NCBI GenBank assembly: GCA_002269645.1
Contig: NIVC01002279.1
Coordinates: 1 to 64,000 of the forward strand
Source of the DNA: Macrostomum lignano
Lineage: Eukaryota
Length of the DNA: 64,000 bases
Direction: 5' to 3'
Below are positions 38,117 to 49,229 of this stretch, in pieces (the first letter of the stretch is position 1; each line of letters begins with the position of its first letter). The notes under the pieces are model-generated. The model worked only from the letters and a program-made list of their open reading frames with translations. It did not search any database and was not told the DNA's origin. Both the position numbers and the translations under genes were made by a program.

Positions 38117-38132
38117 CTGGAAATGTTTGATT
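38117..38132 (-). promoter_or_regulatory. Unpaired 3' splice acceptor 2 nt before ATP23 ATG (candidate SL trans-splice site)
   Basis: Minus strand reads aaacatttccAG cg ATG. Confidence 0.5.
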
Positions 38133-38340
38133 TTCATCAGGTGAAAGGCCGACAAAGAGTTCACTTTATAGTCAATGCAAAGCCTTTTAAACACGCACAA
38201 AATACACACTACATGTAATTGCTATCTTAAGCTTAATCCAGTATTCAGTACGCACGAAGGAATATGTTGATAGGCTGTAGGGGATCTAAATCTCTTAAGC
38301 TCTATATAGTGACTTTATACTGTCCATTAGGCTCTATATT

Positions 38341-38635
38341 AAATAATAATAATAACTGATTACACCTGCCTCAATTGGGCTAGGTGTGCCACCGACAGCT
38401 CAGCCGCAGCTATTGCATCTGAAGGCTGCGTACGGCTGTTCAGTCCAAGGACTGGGGGGTCGCCACACACAGCCTCAATTACCCCAGCTAATGCTGGCAC
38501 CCATTTTACAGCTGGGTGAACTGAAGCAATGCAGAGTTGCTTTGCTGAAGGACACAGATTGTTCCAATGGGATCGGGAATCGAACCCTCGACCTTCCAGT
38601 CGTGAGTCCGACGCTCTGACCACTAGACTACAACC
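38341..38635 (-). mobile_element. tRNA-headed SINE (family 1, copy C)
   Basis: A-box TAGTCTAGTGG, B-box GGTTCGATTCC, same body and (TTA)n tail as copy B. Confidence 0.9.
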
Positions 38636-39399
38636 ACTAGGCTCTATATATAGTGAGCTAAATCACCCAGACTCTCTATAGCGACCTAAATACCCGAGGT
38701 TCCATATATAGTAACCTAAATCGATCAAGACTCTAATGGCCTAATACAATTATCTATTAAGCTTTGGCGACCTAAAAATTTCCTAATTAAGCAAACCATA
38801 ATGATACAAAAAGTTAAAAGAATTTATAGAAGAAGCGCCACACACTTTTACCAACACATTGAGCATACAATACTTTGTTTTAATGCAATTTGAGCAACAA
38901 CACATTAATTACTCAAAATTAGGAAATCAGTCTGTTACAACAAAAAACAATTAAGCCGGATAATAGAAATTACGCGTAGGCTTGAAAAAACTCAATAAAA
39001 AACAAAATAATAATAATGAGCTATATTCATATTCTAGCAACATTGTTTTTATTCTGCAAAGATGTTATTAAAGTAGAAACCTGAATACCTGCATAGATAG
39101 ATGGTACGTCCCGACAGTAAAATACAAATGCAGATTCTCAATTATATTTGTCAATTTATTAATAACTAATTATAGAATTCATAATAAGCTAAACACGCTA
39201 CTGACAAGTAGCCAACCAAAGCATTTTTCTGAATACAAAACAAGAGAGAAATAACGATCGAGCATTGATTAGAGGTAGGAAAATACCAATTGGTTATGAA
39301 CAAGAGTAAAAGACACTTAAATGATATGTTCAAAAAAGGTCATGGACATTCTAGGGGCTTTTAGGGGTACATCTGAGCACGGTTTTTTAAGATTATTCT

Positions 39400-39775
39400 C
39401 AAGGTGAGTTAGAGACTGTTCTCATGGTGAGTTAGAGAGACTGTTCTCATGGTGAGTTAGAGAGACTGTTCTCATGGTGAGTTAGAGAGACTGTTCTCAA
39501 GGTGAGTTAGAGACTGTTCTCATGGTGAGTTAGAGAGACTGTTCTCATGGTGAGTTAGAGAGACTGTTCTCATGGTGAGTTAGAGAGACTGTTCTCATGG
39601 TGAGTTAGAGACTGTTCTCATGGTGAGTTAGAGAGACTGTTCTCATGGTGAGTTAGAGACTGTTCTCATGGTGAGTCAGAGAGACTGTTCTCATGGTGAG
39701 TTAGAGAGACTGTTCTCATGGTGAGTTAGAGACTGTTCTCATGGTGAGTCAGAGACTGTTCTCATGGTGAGTAAA
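39400..39775. repeat. 23/25-bp minisatellite (GTTAGAGAGACTGTTCTCATGGTGA)
   Basis: Tandem copies downstream of the SepSecS stop. Confidence 0.94.
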
Positions 39776-39875
39776 TGAGTTAGAGACGGTACTCAGGATG
39801 GTTTGGATAAAAGTCTACTAAGTTTAGAGAATATATTTGTTCATGTTTTTGAAGGCTATGAATAAAGACAGGTGG

Positions 39876-40097
39876 TCATCCTAAATCCTCAGTCAGTTGG
39901 TCTTTACTGTAATCATTATCACCCTGCTCATCAGCATCGGCGACACGACTGTCAATCTCGCGCTGGCGAAACTCCTTAGTCAGCAGGCTGTCCAACACGA
40001 CTAGAAATGAGTCGACTTCGGTTTCCGACATGCCCAGGCCTGCGGCAGCGTTCAGATAGGGCGCGAACGGATAGGCGGTCTGATGAGCGCCGTAGCC
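39876..40097 (-). CDS. SEPSECS: SepSecS exon 4 (terminal)
   Basis: tttgccAG acceptor. GYGAHQTAYPFAPYLNAAAGLGMSETEVDSFL...DLG* matches the C-terminal YLNAASAIGM-type motif. Not in the ORF track. Confidence 0.9.
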   Translation of the reverse strand, partial: GYGAHQTAYPFAPYLNAAAGLGMSETEVDSFLVVLDSLLTKEFRQREIDSRVADADEQGDNDYSKDQLTEDLG

Positions 40098-40215
40098 CTG
40101 GCAAATATTTATTCAAAAATTTTCAACAGTCAATCACCTGTTTAAGAGCATTTAATCGAAAAAATTCAATAGTAAAAGTTCTGCACACATGAAACACAAT
40201 AAATCTATGCTTTTT

Positions 40216-40494
40216 TAGAGTCAGTAAGGCTGTGTGCACCCTGGCGCACTTTAAGCGACATTGTCACACAACCGTCGAGAGGCATCACTGCCCATTCCGC
40301 CAACTCCCCTGAGCAGGCACACACTCACACGGGAGTGTACAGCGGCCCTAACTTTATTTATGGTTAGGCATGTACACTTCACTGTGCCTTAAGCAGAGCA
40401 GAACCAAGCCGAGATTCCAATTGTGACTGCACTTGGAATCGAGCCTGGCCCGCTGGCACATCAGAGCGCCGCGCCAGACCGCTGGGCTACGGCA
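40216..40494 (-). mobile_element. tRNA-headed SINE (family 2); partial second copy at ~42818-42915
   Basis: Minus strand A-box TAGCCCAGCGG and B-box-like GGCTCGATTCC; the 3' part (AGAGTCAG...ACTCCCCTGAGCAGGC) recurs at 42818. Confidence 0.7.
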
Positions 40495-41332
40495 GAGTTA
40501 CGAGCTAAACAGATATCAGAGGATTTGAGTTACAAACTCACAAGCCATCGGTGATTCTGGGGATTTCATTTCGATGGGATTTGAGCTCCGGGGATTTAAG
40601 TTTGATGGGATTTCAGTTCCATGAGATTTTCGTTCTGTGGGATTTTAGTTCTTTGGGATTTCAGTTCTATGGGTCCTACACTGAAGGATACGAAAAGTTC
40701 TATGGGATTTTATTTCATGTGTCATTACGGCCCCCATTTGTACTAGTTAATATTTGTTTCTGTTTGTTTAAATAATGCAGGTAGGCGATGGCAGGGTGTC
40801 GAGTAGCCGAACTCACAGCTTAGCGATGTGAAGGACTGAAAGTAGTCGACCCACACAAGTTAGACGGTTTGTTTGAAATCTCATAGAAGTGTTTAGGGCC
40901 GGTAGTTAGGGTCACTTCTCGCTGCATGGCATACAGTAGCCTAAGCGTTGCCTTCGACCTTCGCCGCCTACAGCTGCCTAAGAGGCACTCACGACGCCTT
41001 GCAAATTGAAAAAAACAGCAATGCAGGTATGGAAAGTCTCAACCAGTTATTGAACTCTTCTGGCTGAAACCTGGGGGGGGGAAGGGAGAGCCGTTCAACG
41101 GAAAACGCATTTGACTATCGCGCCACGGTTCGATGTTCTCATGCCAGACGATTAGAAAGTCAGGACCGCGCTGTACACCCAGTGTGAGCGTGTGTATGAG
41201 TGCGCGCCTGCCGGCCTACGAATATCTATTTATTGGCTGACACCTGAGCAGAAGTATGGCTTGCTTCTGCTTCCCATTAAACTGGTATTTCAACACATCC
41301 GTTCGAAACCCGGACTGGCACACTCTACCTAC

Positions 41333-41830
41333 CTGGAACTCGTATCCTTCAATGCTGACTCGCTTGTCGCCTCCAGCAACCACTCTTGCGCCGGAGCAGC
41401 CGCGCCGGAACAGAGCGGCGCCGAGGCGCCCCGGGTCACCGCCGCCACTGCTACTGCCGCTGCCACGGAGACACAGAGCCAACGAAATCGGATTCTTTCC
41501 CGTGTCGAGCAGGCGCACGCAATCGCTATGTCTGCCGGCTAAGCTGGCCAGGCCGTCGCGCAGTCGGGTGTAGGCAGCCGCTCTCTGATCCAACAGCCTG
41601 GCGAAGCCAGATCGGCCCAGGTGCAGCAGGGTCAGCAGGGCGTCAGTGGATGGCGAGGCTGATGCTCGGCCCGGATAGGTGGCGGCTACCCGACTGACGA
41701 CGGCCGCGTCCGGCCCGGCAATGACGGCGCCGCCAACCGGCACCAGGAGATTCTTGTCGCAGGACTGGACAAATAGATCCAGCCGGCCTTTGGTGCTGGC
41801 GTCGTTTATCAAGTTCATGCAGCGGGAGGC
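41333..41830 (-). CDS. SEPSECS: SepSecS exon 3 (PLP lysine)
   Basis: ASRCMNLIN...GRLDLFVQSCDKNLLVPVGG...YPGRAS...LFRRGCSGARVV. Confidence 0.95.
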
Positions 41831-41934
41831 CTGCGGAGCGGCGCCATTGTTTACTTTCTATACATATCGGTAGGCCGGGGTCGGATACATTGCATTGATT
41901 TGTTGGCAAGAGGAGGCAACTGATATTAAAGGGA

Positions 41935-42362
41935 CAAAGCGGCAACCAGCTGAAGATCAAAGGGGGGAAGCGACAACCAGCTGAAGATCAAAGGGGGGAA
42001 GCGACAACCAGCTGAAGATCAAAGGGGGGAAGCGACAACCAGCTGAAGATCAAAGGGGGGAAGCGACAACCAGCTGAAGATCAAAGGGGGGAAGCGGCAA
42101 CCAGCTGAAGATCAAAAGGGGGAAGCGACAACCAGCTGAAGATCAAAGGGGGGAAGCGGCAACCAGCTGAAGATCAAAAGGGGGAAGCGACAACCAGCTG
42201 AAGATCAAAGGGGGGAAGCGGCAACAAGCTGAAGATCAAAGGGGGGAAGCGGCAACCAGCTGAAGATCAAAGGGGCTAAGCGGCAACCAGCTGAAGATCA
42301 AAGGGGGGAAGCGGCAACAAGCTGAAGATCAAAGGGGGGAAGCGACAACAAGCTGAAGATCT
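41935..42362. repeat. 31-bp minisatellite (AGCTGAAGATCAAAGGGGGGAAGCGACAACC), SepSecS intron 2
   Basis: Tandem copies. Confidence 0.95.
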
Positions 42363-42448
42363 AAATACGAAGTTTCCCACAGAAACCTGCCTCGTAGTAG
42401 AATTAAGAATTCATGGTACTACATAAATATCGCTAATGACAACGCTAC

Positions 42449-42792
42449 CTGAACTCCGTAAGCATTATTGACAATATGCGGCAAGCCGAACTCGGCGCAC
42501 AATTTGGCCACATCAGCCAGACGATCCGGCACTCTGGGCGCAAAGCAGCTAGTAGTGGTCATCACGGCTACAATACTGTCTGGCCCATGCTGCTCTATTA
42601 AAGATCGCACAGCGGTCACATCTGTGACCAGCTGATCGCCGTCTAGCAGGGGCTCAATCGGTACAGGTGTAAATCCTGCAGTGATGATGGCTTTGAAACA
42701 GGATTTCTGGTCAATCCGAGGCCACAGTACCAGTTTTGCGTTGGATGGTCGAGACGATCTCAGCGACAGAAGGCAGAGGCAAAGCGCCATGC
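42449..42792 (-). CDS. SEPSECS: SepSecS exon 2
   Basis: GMALCLCLL...[13 protein letters not shown]...[11 protein letters not shown]...[10 protein letters not shown]. Confidence 0.95.
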
Positions 42793-43372
42793 CTATTGAT
42801 GAGGAAAGAATTTTTACTAGAGTCAGGGAGGCTGTCAGCTAGCACCCTAACGCACTCTAAGCGACACCCAATCCCAATCTGCAGACTCCCCTGAGCAGGC
42901 GCACAAGCGCACGGGTAAGTACGCAGTCATACGCACAGGAACAGACTCAAACCTATGAACAATGAATATGAACAATCTATGGCAACTATTGTAGAAATAT
43001 CATACGAATCATTTGGCTTATTGATTTATTAAGTGTAGGCACTACATTTTAGCATATAATTAGGGTTTGGCAAGTGGTTATTAGAAAAAAGGAACATATT
43101 TAATCAGGATAAGTAAATGAGTAAATGTTATATACAAATAATCTGTGGTAGCTTCTTAGTCTCTGTAAGAGCCTCATTCCTCTACTTGAAGTGAGGCACC
43201 TACAGTAGGCTCTGTAGTGTGTAGCTAACATTCTATTATTGAATGAATACTATCATAGTATTTATATTTCCATGCAATATGGAAATTGCATGCTAGCTGT
43301 ATGCCACTTTCTTAATAATCCATTTCAGCACATTTGGAACCCTGGCTGGCCTACATGCTGGATTGATCTATA

Positions 43373-46367
43373 ATGGCAATGGCCTTCCAATATGTTGAAG
43401 GTCGCAGATGATCTAGGTTACTTTTCCATGACAGGAACTTGTTCAAGTGTAATCGCAAGATTAATAACAAGGAGTATTACACATGTCGCAACAACTGTGC
43501 TGATAAGGTCACCCTTGAAGGCGACATCTTGACAGCTAATGGACAGCATTCCCATGCTCCAGTGCTAGATGAAGAAGTCCAGAAAATGACCCTGAAGCAG
43601 AAAATGAACGATGCAGCTACACATCAGCCATCAAAACGCCTACGGACATTGTTTGATGAGGTGTCCAGTGCAGATGAAGCAGGCAATGCTGTTGGATTCC
43701 CACAGGTAGAGCTTAGAATGTGGCGCGCTAGGCGCTCAGTGCAACCTCGCATCCCCAATTCCATTAAGGAGGCCATCCAGCTGATCGAGTCTGAAGATCT
43801 TGGCCTTCAACACTGTGGCGTTGACAGCATGCGCATCTACCAGGGCAGCATAAGAAGCAATGAGCATGCTGGACTGTTCTTTGCACACCCTGACTTGCTG
43901 GAGCAGCTACAAGATGCTGACCAAGTGTTCGTCGATGGGACATTTCAAGTTGTCCCACGCCTATTCTATTAATTGCTGACTGTCGGTGTGTCAAAGCAGG
44001 GATGCTTCCTGCCCTGTTTTGTTGCGCTTTTGACTGGAAAATCTAAGGCGGTCTACCACATGGTCTGGAGCAAGCTGCAAGTTGTGTCAAACATTTCAAC
44101 CACAGACTGTTATGAGTGACTTCGAAATGGCCCTTCGTGACTCCTTTAGAGGCCTTTCCTGATGCCACGCCCCATGAGTTGTTTCTTTCATTTTGCCCAG
44201 GCAGTGTTGGCCAAGATGAAGAAAATTGGCCTGTGGCCCGACATCTGCCGCAACATGGACATCCGGCGTTATGCTCGGCTCCTCATGAGTCTTCCGCTGC
44301 TGCCAGCAGAACACATCGCTCCAGTGCATGCGCTTCTGCGGCCTGAAGCATTTGTCAATGGTGCTGCAGAGCCAAAGCTCCAGCTGCTCCGCACGGTGCA
44401 CAGCTAAATCCGGACCTTCTGGCTAGAAAAGGTTGGTGCACAGATCATTTCAGTCCACAATTGCAAGGAGCGCACCAACAACAATGAAGAAAGCTACCAC
44501 AATCGCTGGAGAAGCTTTGTTAAGTCTTCGCATACCAACACGTGGGACTTCATCGTTGCGTTGTACTGCTCGCCAACACGCAGCATTTGTTCTACCCAAA
44601 TGGTGGAACAAATTTGGTGGAACAAAAAGTTCTCGGCCCAACCTAGAAAGGATAAGACTATTGAAATGAAAACTGAATATCTACTTAAGCAACTATTACT
44701 TACTTATATGAGCTTATTCTGACTTTCTGCCTTTCAGCTTTGCATGCCCTAATAGAACCTAAAGTTAGTACCCCCTTGTTTTTCAGCAAAATGTCAAAAA
44801 TCGAGTTCCGTGCAATCATAAAGTTTTTAGTGAAAGAGGGTGAGACTCCAACCAATATTCACCAACGCCTGCATGCTGTCTACCCGGATTCTTGCCCGTC
44901 ATTTTCCACTACCATATCAAGGCTTGGGCAGCCGAATTCAAGCGGGGCAGAGAGAGCATAGAAGATGACCCCCGCAGTGGCCGGCCTTCAACAGCATGCA
45001 CTGAAGAGAACAGCTTGGCCGTGGAGAAGCTCATCATGGCTGACAGGAAACTGTCAATGAGTGAAATAGCCACTACTCTGGGCATCTCTTATGGCTCGGT
45101 TTCAACCATTGTGCATGATTTTCTTCAGATGCAGAAAGTCAAAAGCAAGTGGGTACCCAGAATTCTCACTGTCCAAATGAGGGCTGATCGGGTAGCCTGC
45201 TGCAAGGAGCTGCTCGCATTCTTTGATGAATCACCGGATGACTTTCTAGCCCGAGTTGTAACCGGTGATGAAAGCTGGGTTCACCACTACGATCCCGAGA
45301 CTCAGATGGAATCGCGTCAGAGGAAGCACCGAGATTCACCACCACCATCCCGCCCACTGAGCAAGGCCTCTGCTGGGAAGATTCTGATGACAGTCTTCTG
45401 GGACTGCAATGGCGTGCTGCTAGTGGACTTCTTGGGCAACAAGCAGACAATCAATGGTGCTTACTACGCCCAGCTGATCAGCCGTCTGCGCGATGCAGTC
45501 AAGCAGAAACGCCGTGGGAAGCTGACCCATGGTGTGCTGCTGCTGCACGACAACGCCCCTGTCCACAAGTCTCGAGTTGCACAGTGTGCCATCCGTGAAG
45601 CAGGGTTCGAAGAACTAAATCACCCACCCTACTCACCAGACATAGCCCCAGTGACTTCTTCCTATTTGCCAATTTGAAGAAGGACCTCCGTGGCAAGCAG
45701 TTCAGCACCGATCATGAGCTGGTGCAGGCTGTGAGCAGCTGGTTTGAGTCAAAACCTGTGGACTTCTACCACTCAGGCATCAGTCGGCTGCGCGATCGGT
45801 GGCTGCGGGTGCTGAATGCTGATGGGCAGTACATTGAGTGACTATAAAAATTTTGAGCCTCACTGCCATCTTTATAGGTTAGGCCGAGAACTTTTTGATC
45901 CACCTGGTATGTAGCAGACTTGTGTAGGCTCCAGCGCGACTTGCCCGTTCGGCGACTTCGGAAGACTCAAAGCATTTTGAAAGATGCAAGAATCCGCCAG
46001 CAGTGAGCTTCTTCGCACTGGCCAGTGCACGCCACTTGAGGCTTTGCGCAGACTTTCACAGTCTGCCAGCAACTTCATGCCAGCAGTTGATGGCAAGGGC
46101 GATGGATAGCCGCACCCTGACGTCGGCCAACCGGGTCCCGGTGGCGGCGATGGACAGCTGGACGATGATCAAGATCAACCAGTCATTGATTTGCATAGTC
46201 ACCGCAGGTGCCCAGTGTGTCTGGAAAACTCTGCTTCAGTTTCAGCCATATTTCCTTGCGGTCATGTCATTTGTTCTGGCTGTGCTGAAGGCATTCGCAT
46301 TAGGCAGCTACTGCAGTGCCCTGTCTGTCGAAGTGAGTGTATAATGTTCGTTCCGCTTTTCTTTTAA
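43373..46367 (+). mobile_element. Fossil Mutator-like (FLYWCH-MULE) transposase with C-terminal C3HC4 RING, interrupted by a mariner
   Basis: YYTC...C...HSH (FLYWCH-like), VDGTF, MSDFE, CFFHFAQAV, RTNNNEESYH. After the mariner: YVADLCRLQRDLPVRRLRK...RING. Several stops and frameshifts. Confidence 0.85.
44595..45907 (+). mobile_element. Mariner (DD34D) element, ~1.3 kb, frameshifted transposase 44791-45841
   Basis: TA TSD at 44593-44594 and 45908-45909. TIR core GGTGGA(A/T)CAAAAAGTTCTCGGCC(C/T)AACCTA. KWVPR, TGDESW, HDNAPVH and YSPDIAP(S)D with 34-residue D-D spacing. Confidence 0.95.
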
Positions 46368-47894
46368 TTGAACATGTTTGCACTCCAGCGGGCAGTTTTT
46401 GCAATGGGACCAATTTCTTGAAAGGTAGTGACGAAATGAAAACTTTGTGACGCTTAGTGATAAGCATTCTATTTCATAAGTACTTTTAGTACTTATTTCA
46501 AGGACTCGTAAAACGTGACCCGATTTTCATAGCATCACTCAGTATGTACTTATGACTTCCATCGCACTCGTCCGTGCTCCGCAAATCGATAATGAGCGGC
46601 GAATTGACACCCATGAACGCTGTGTTTTTTGTATGTTGTCATGTCGGCACAAAAGCTCAAACAATACCAATGGCATTCACTTATTCTATTCAGAACTTTG
46701 AATAGTCCCTATTCAGAATTATAACCCCAATTATTCAACAATCATTAATGCTGTCAAACTTTTACATTTATCGCACCATATACCAACCTTTACCACTATC
46801 TTAAATAGGCTCGCCCCGCACGAGTTAAAATACCGGCGCCTCGCCTTTCGTTCAAAGCCAGTGACCATGCGGAACTGAATATATTCTTTATGGATCTTCC
46901 GTCACTTGAATAGCATTTGCCACTTGTCTGATGTTGCAAATTTCATGCAATAAGCTAGTATATATATTTTACTTGTAGTATATATGTTTAATGCATTTTT
47001 CTGTTCTTACCGTATCAAACTCCTTTGCCACATAAGAATTTTCGTAGCATTCACACCCATGCGTAATATTTGATGTTCTCCTGCTGCCCGTCATTGCTGC
47101 GATGAGTAGAATTTGCTACTCGTCTGATGTTCCGAAATTACGCAATAGGCTACTAGCATCAGATAGTTTGTTTCAGTTTGTCTTATTTCAGTGTTTGGAC
47201 TGTTGCGAACTTGCTTCCTTTTTTGCTGCTTCGTCGTTACCACGAAATACTTTTATTTGTAGTAAATATTTTTATTTGATCCTCTACTCGCTAAAATATA
47301 CAAGTTACAGGCTTCGCTAAGCCCATGAGTTTCCAAAAGCAAGTTCATATCAATATTTTTCAGTAAAGCAACGACGACCAAGATTGTTTCAATAATTATT
47401 ACTTGCTGTTTTTTTTTATTCTGCGGCCATTATGGGTACAGACCCCTTTGACAAGCTACACTGGTCATACTGTTACAAGTACGTCGTATATACTGACAAT
47501 TGTGACTTGGCAAATTGCTCCCAGCATTGCAACTAACGTTCCAGAGCCCCAAAGTATTTCGTTGGTAATGCCTTACGCTACATTTGGCCTATAAGTAAAT
47601 GCCTTCGTGGATATAAAAGCAAACAACCATAGGGTAGGAAATGAAGCTGTTAAAATTCCAAATCATGTAATTCATATGCTTCTGAAGCATCAAAGTACGA
47701 AAAAAAGTTATAAAAATTAAAGTTATCGAGGAAATTACTTTGTCATTCCGCTCTCGCCATCGAGTGTAAATTTCATAAACCATGTGAATGTTCTTGGTCA
47801 TTATAAAATTTGTTACGTCAGAAGCAAGCACGAACGAAGCACTCAACTTTTTGTGAACAGTGAGTAGTGAAATTTATTGTTCATTTTGCATTTT

Positions 47895-48370
47895 GAGTTT
47901 TCGGCGTTGTGAAATTTCTGTCTTATGAAGTTTCGGTCTTGTGAAGGATCGTGCAGAAGTTTTCGGCGTTGTGAAATTTCTGTCTTGTGAAGTTTCGGTC
48001 TTGTAAAGGATCGTGCAGTAGTTTTCGGCGTTGTGAAATTTCTGTCTTGTGAAGTTTCGGTCTTGTGAAGGATCGTGCAGTAGTTTTCGGCGTTGTGAAA
48101 TTTCTGTCTTGTGAAGTTTCGGTCTTGTGAAGGATCGTGCAGTAGTTTTCGGCGTTGTGAAATTTCTGTCTTGTGAAGTTTCGGTCTTGTGAAGGATCGT
48201 GCAGCAGTTTTCGGCGTTGTGAAATTTCTGTCTTGTGAAGTTTCGGTCTTGTGAAGGATCGTGCAGTAGTTTTCGGCGTTGTGAAATTTCTGTCTTGTGA
48301 AGTTTCGGTCTTGTGAAGGATCGTGCAGCAGTTTTCGGCGTTGTGAAATTTCGGTCTTGTGAAAGCGACC
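47895..48370. repeat. 60-bp tandem array ending in GCGACC (possible structured TIR)
   Basis: Unit TTTTCGGCGTTGTGAAATTTCTGTCTTGTGAAGTTTCGGTCTTGTGAAGGATCGTGCAGTAG-like, about 8 copies. Confidence 0.9.
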
Positions 48371-48384
48371 CCCGGGGAATTCAT

Positions 48385-48485
48385 TTCTATGGGATTTCAG
48401 ATCTATGGGATTTCAGTTCTATTGGATTTCAGATCTATGGGATTTCAGTTCTATAGGATTTCAGTTCCGGGGATTTCAGTTTCAG
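48385..48485. repeat. ~16-bp ATGGGATTTCAGTTCT repeat, related to the array at 40550-40680
   Basis: Same motif and orientation at both loci. Confidence 0.75.
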
Positions 48486-48642
48486 ATACTTCATTTATCG
48501 TCCAAATCGACAAGACGAGTTCCAATCGCTCATGTTAATAAATATTACACTGAAGGTTACGACAACATTATCTATGTAAATACCGAATATACTATACTCG
48601 TATATAAACATCTTCGCATAAACAACCTACTAGTCAGCTTAC

Positions 48643-49084
48643 CTGTGGCCACCGGAATCAGCACGGCACATTTAGCCGCTTTCGGGCAGCCGAATTGTCT
48701 CAGCCAATCCCCCAGCAGGCTATTCGTTAAACTATTAATAACAGACGAGCCGGCAGCTTTCGGCTGGCCGGCGGTGACGTCACCGGACCGGCCGATGCCG
48801 TGGGCCAGGCCGAAGTGCCGCCTGTATACCAGCGGGCACACTACTCGGCCTTCTCGTTCGCCAACGCCGATGCAACTGCCGGAGTTGGCATTGTTCATGT
48901 CTAGTAGGGCCAGCTCCCGGATTAGCAGCTCCAGCTCCGGCTCTGACCAGCCTTGCTCGGGCAGGCGGCGCTGGCTAAGCAGATGGCTGAGTCGATTCTC
49001 AAAGCCGCGCCGCCAGCCTAGAGCCGGCTGCAGATAGCGCTGGTCTACAAGGCGGCCCAGAGCCAGCAGGTTGTCCGAGTTCAT
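48643..49084 (-). CDS. SEPSECS: O-phosphoseryl-tRNA(Sec) selenium transferase SepSecS exon 1
   Basis: LPEQGWS...GVGEREGRV...HGIGRSGDVTAGQPKAAGSS...PVATG; G|GTAAG donor. Four exons sum to 1506 nt (501 aa) with no lesions. Confidence 0.96.
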
Positions 49085-49229
49085 TGTGGTAACTCGTGTA
49101 GATTAGCTTTATGGCATAGATTTGGCTGAGCATGAATGGATGAGATGTGCTTTCATCACAAACTGGAAATAGGACTAGCAATAATAATCCTCTCGATAAG
49201 GGAGGCAAAAAACAAATGAATAAGAAATA

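Noticed and set aside
14085-41960. Antisense or alternate-frame ORFs overlapping Notch, HscB, ATP23 and SepSecS exons
   Set aside because: They are shadow ORFs expected from very GC-rich exons and contain no domains.
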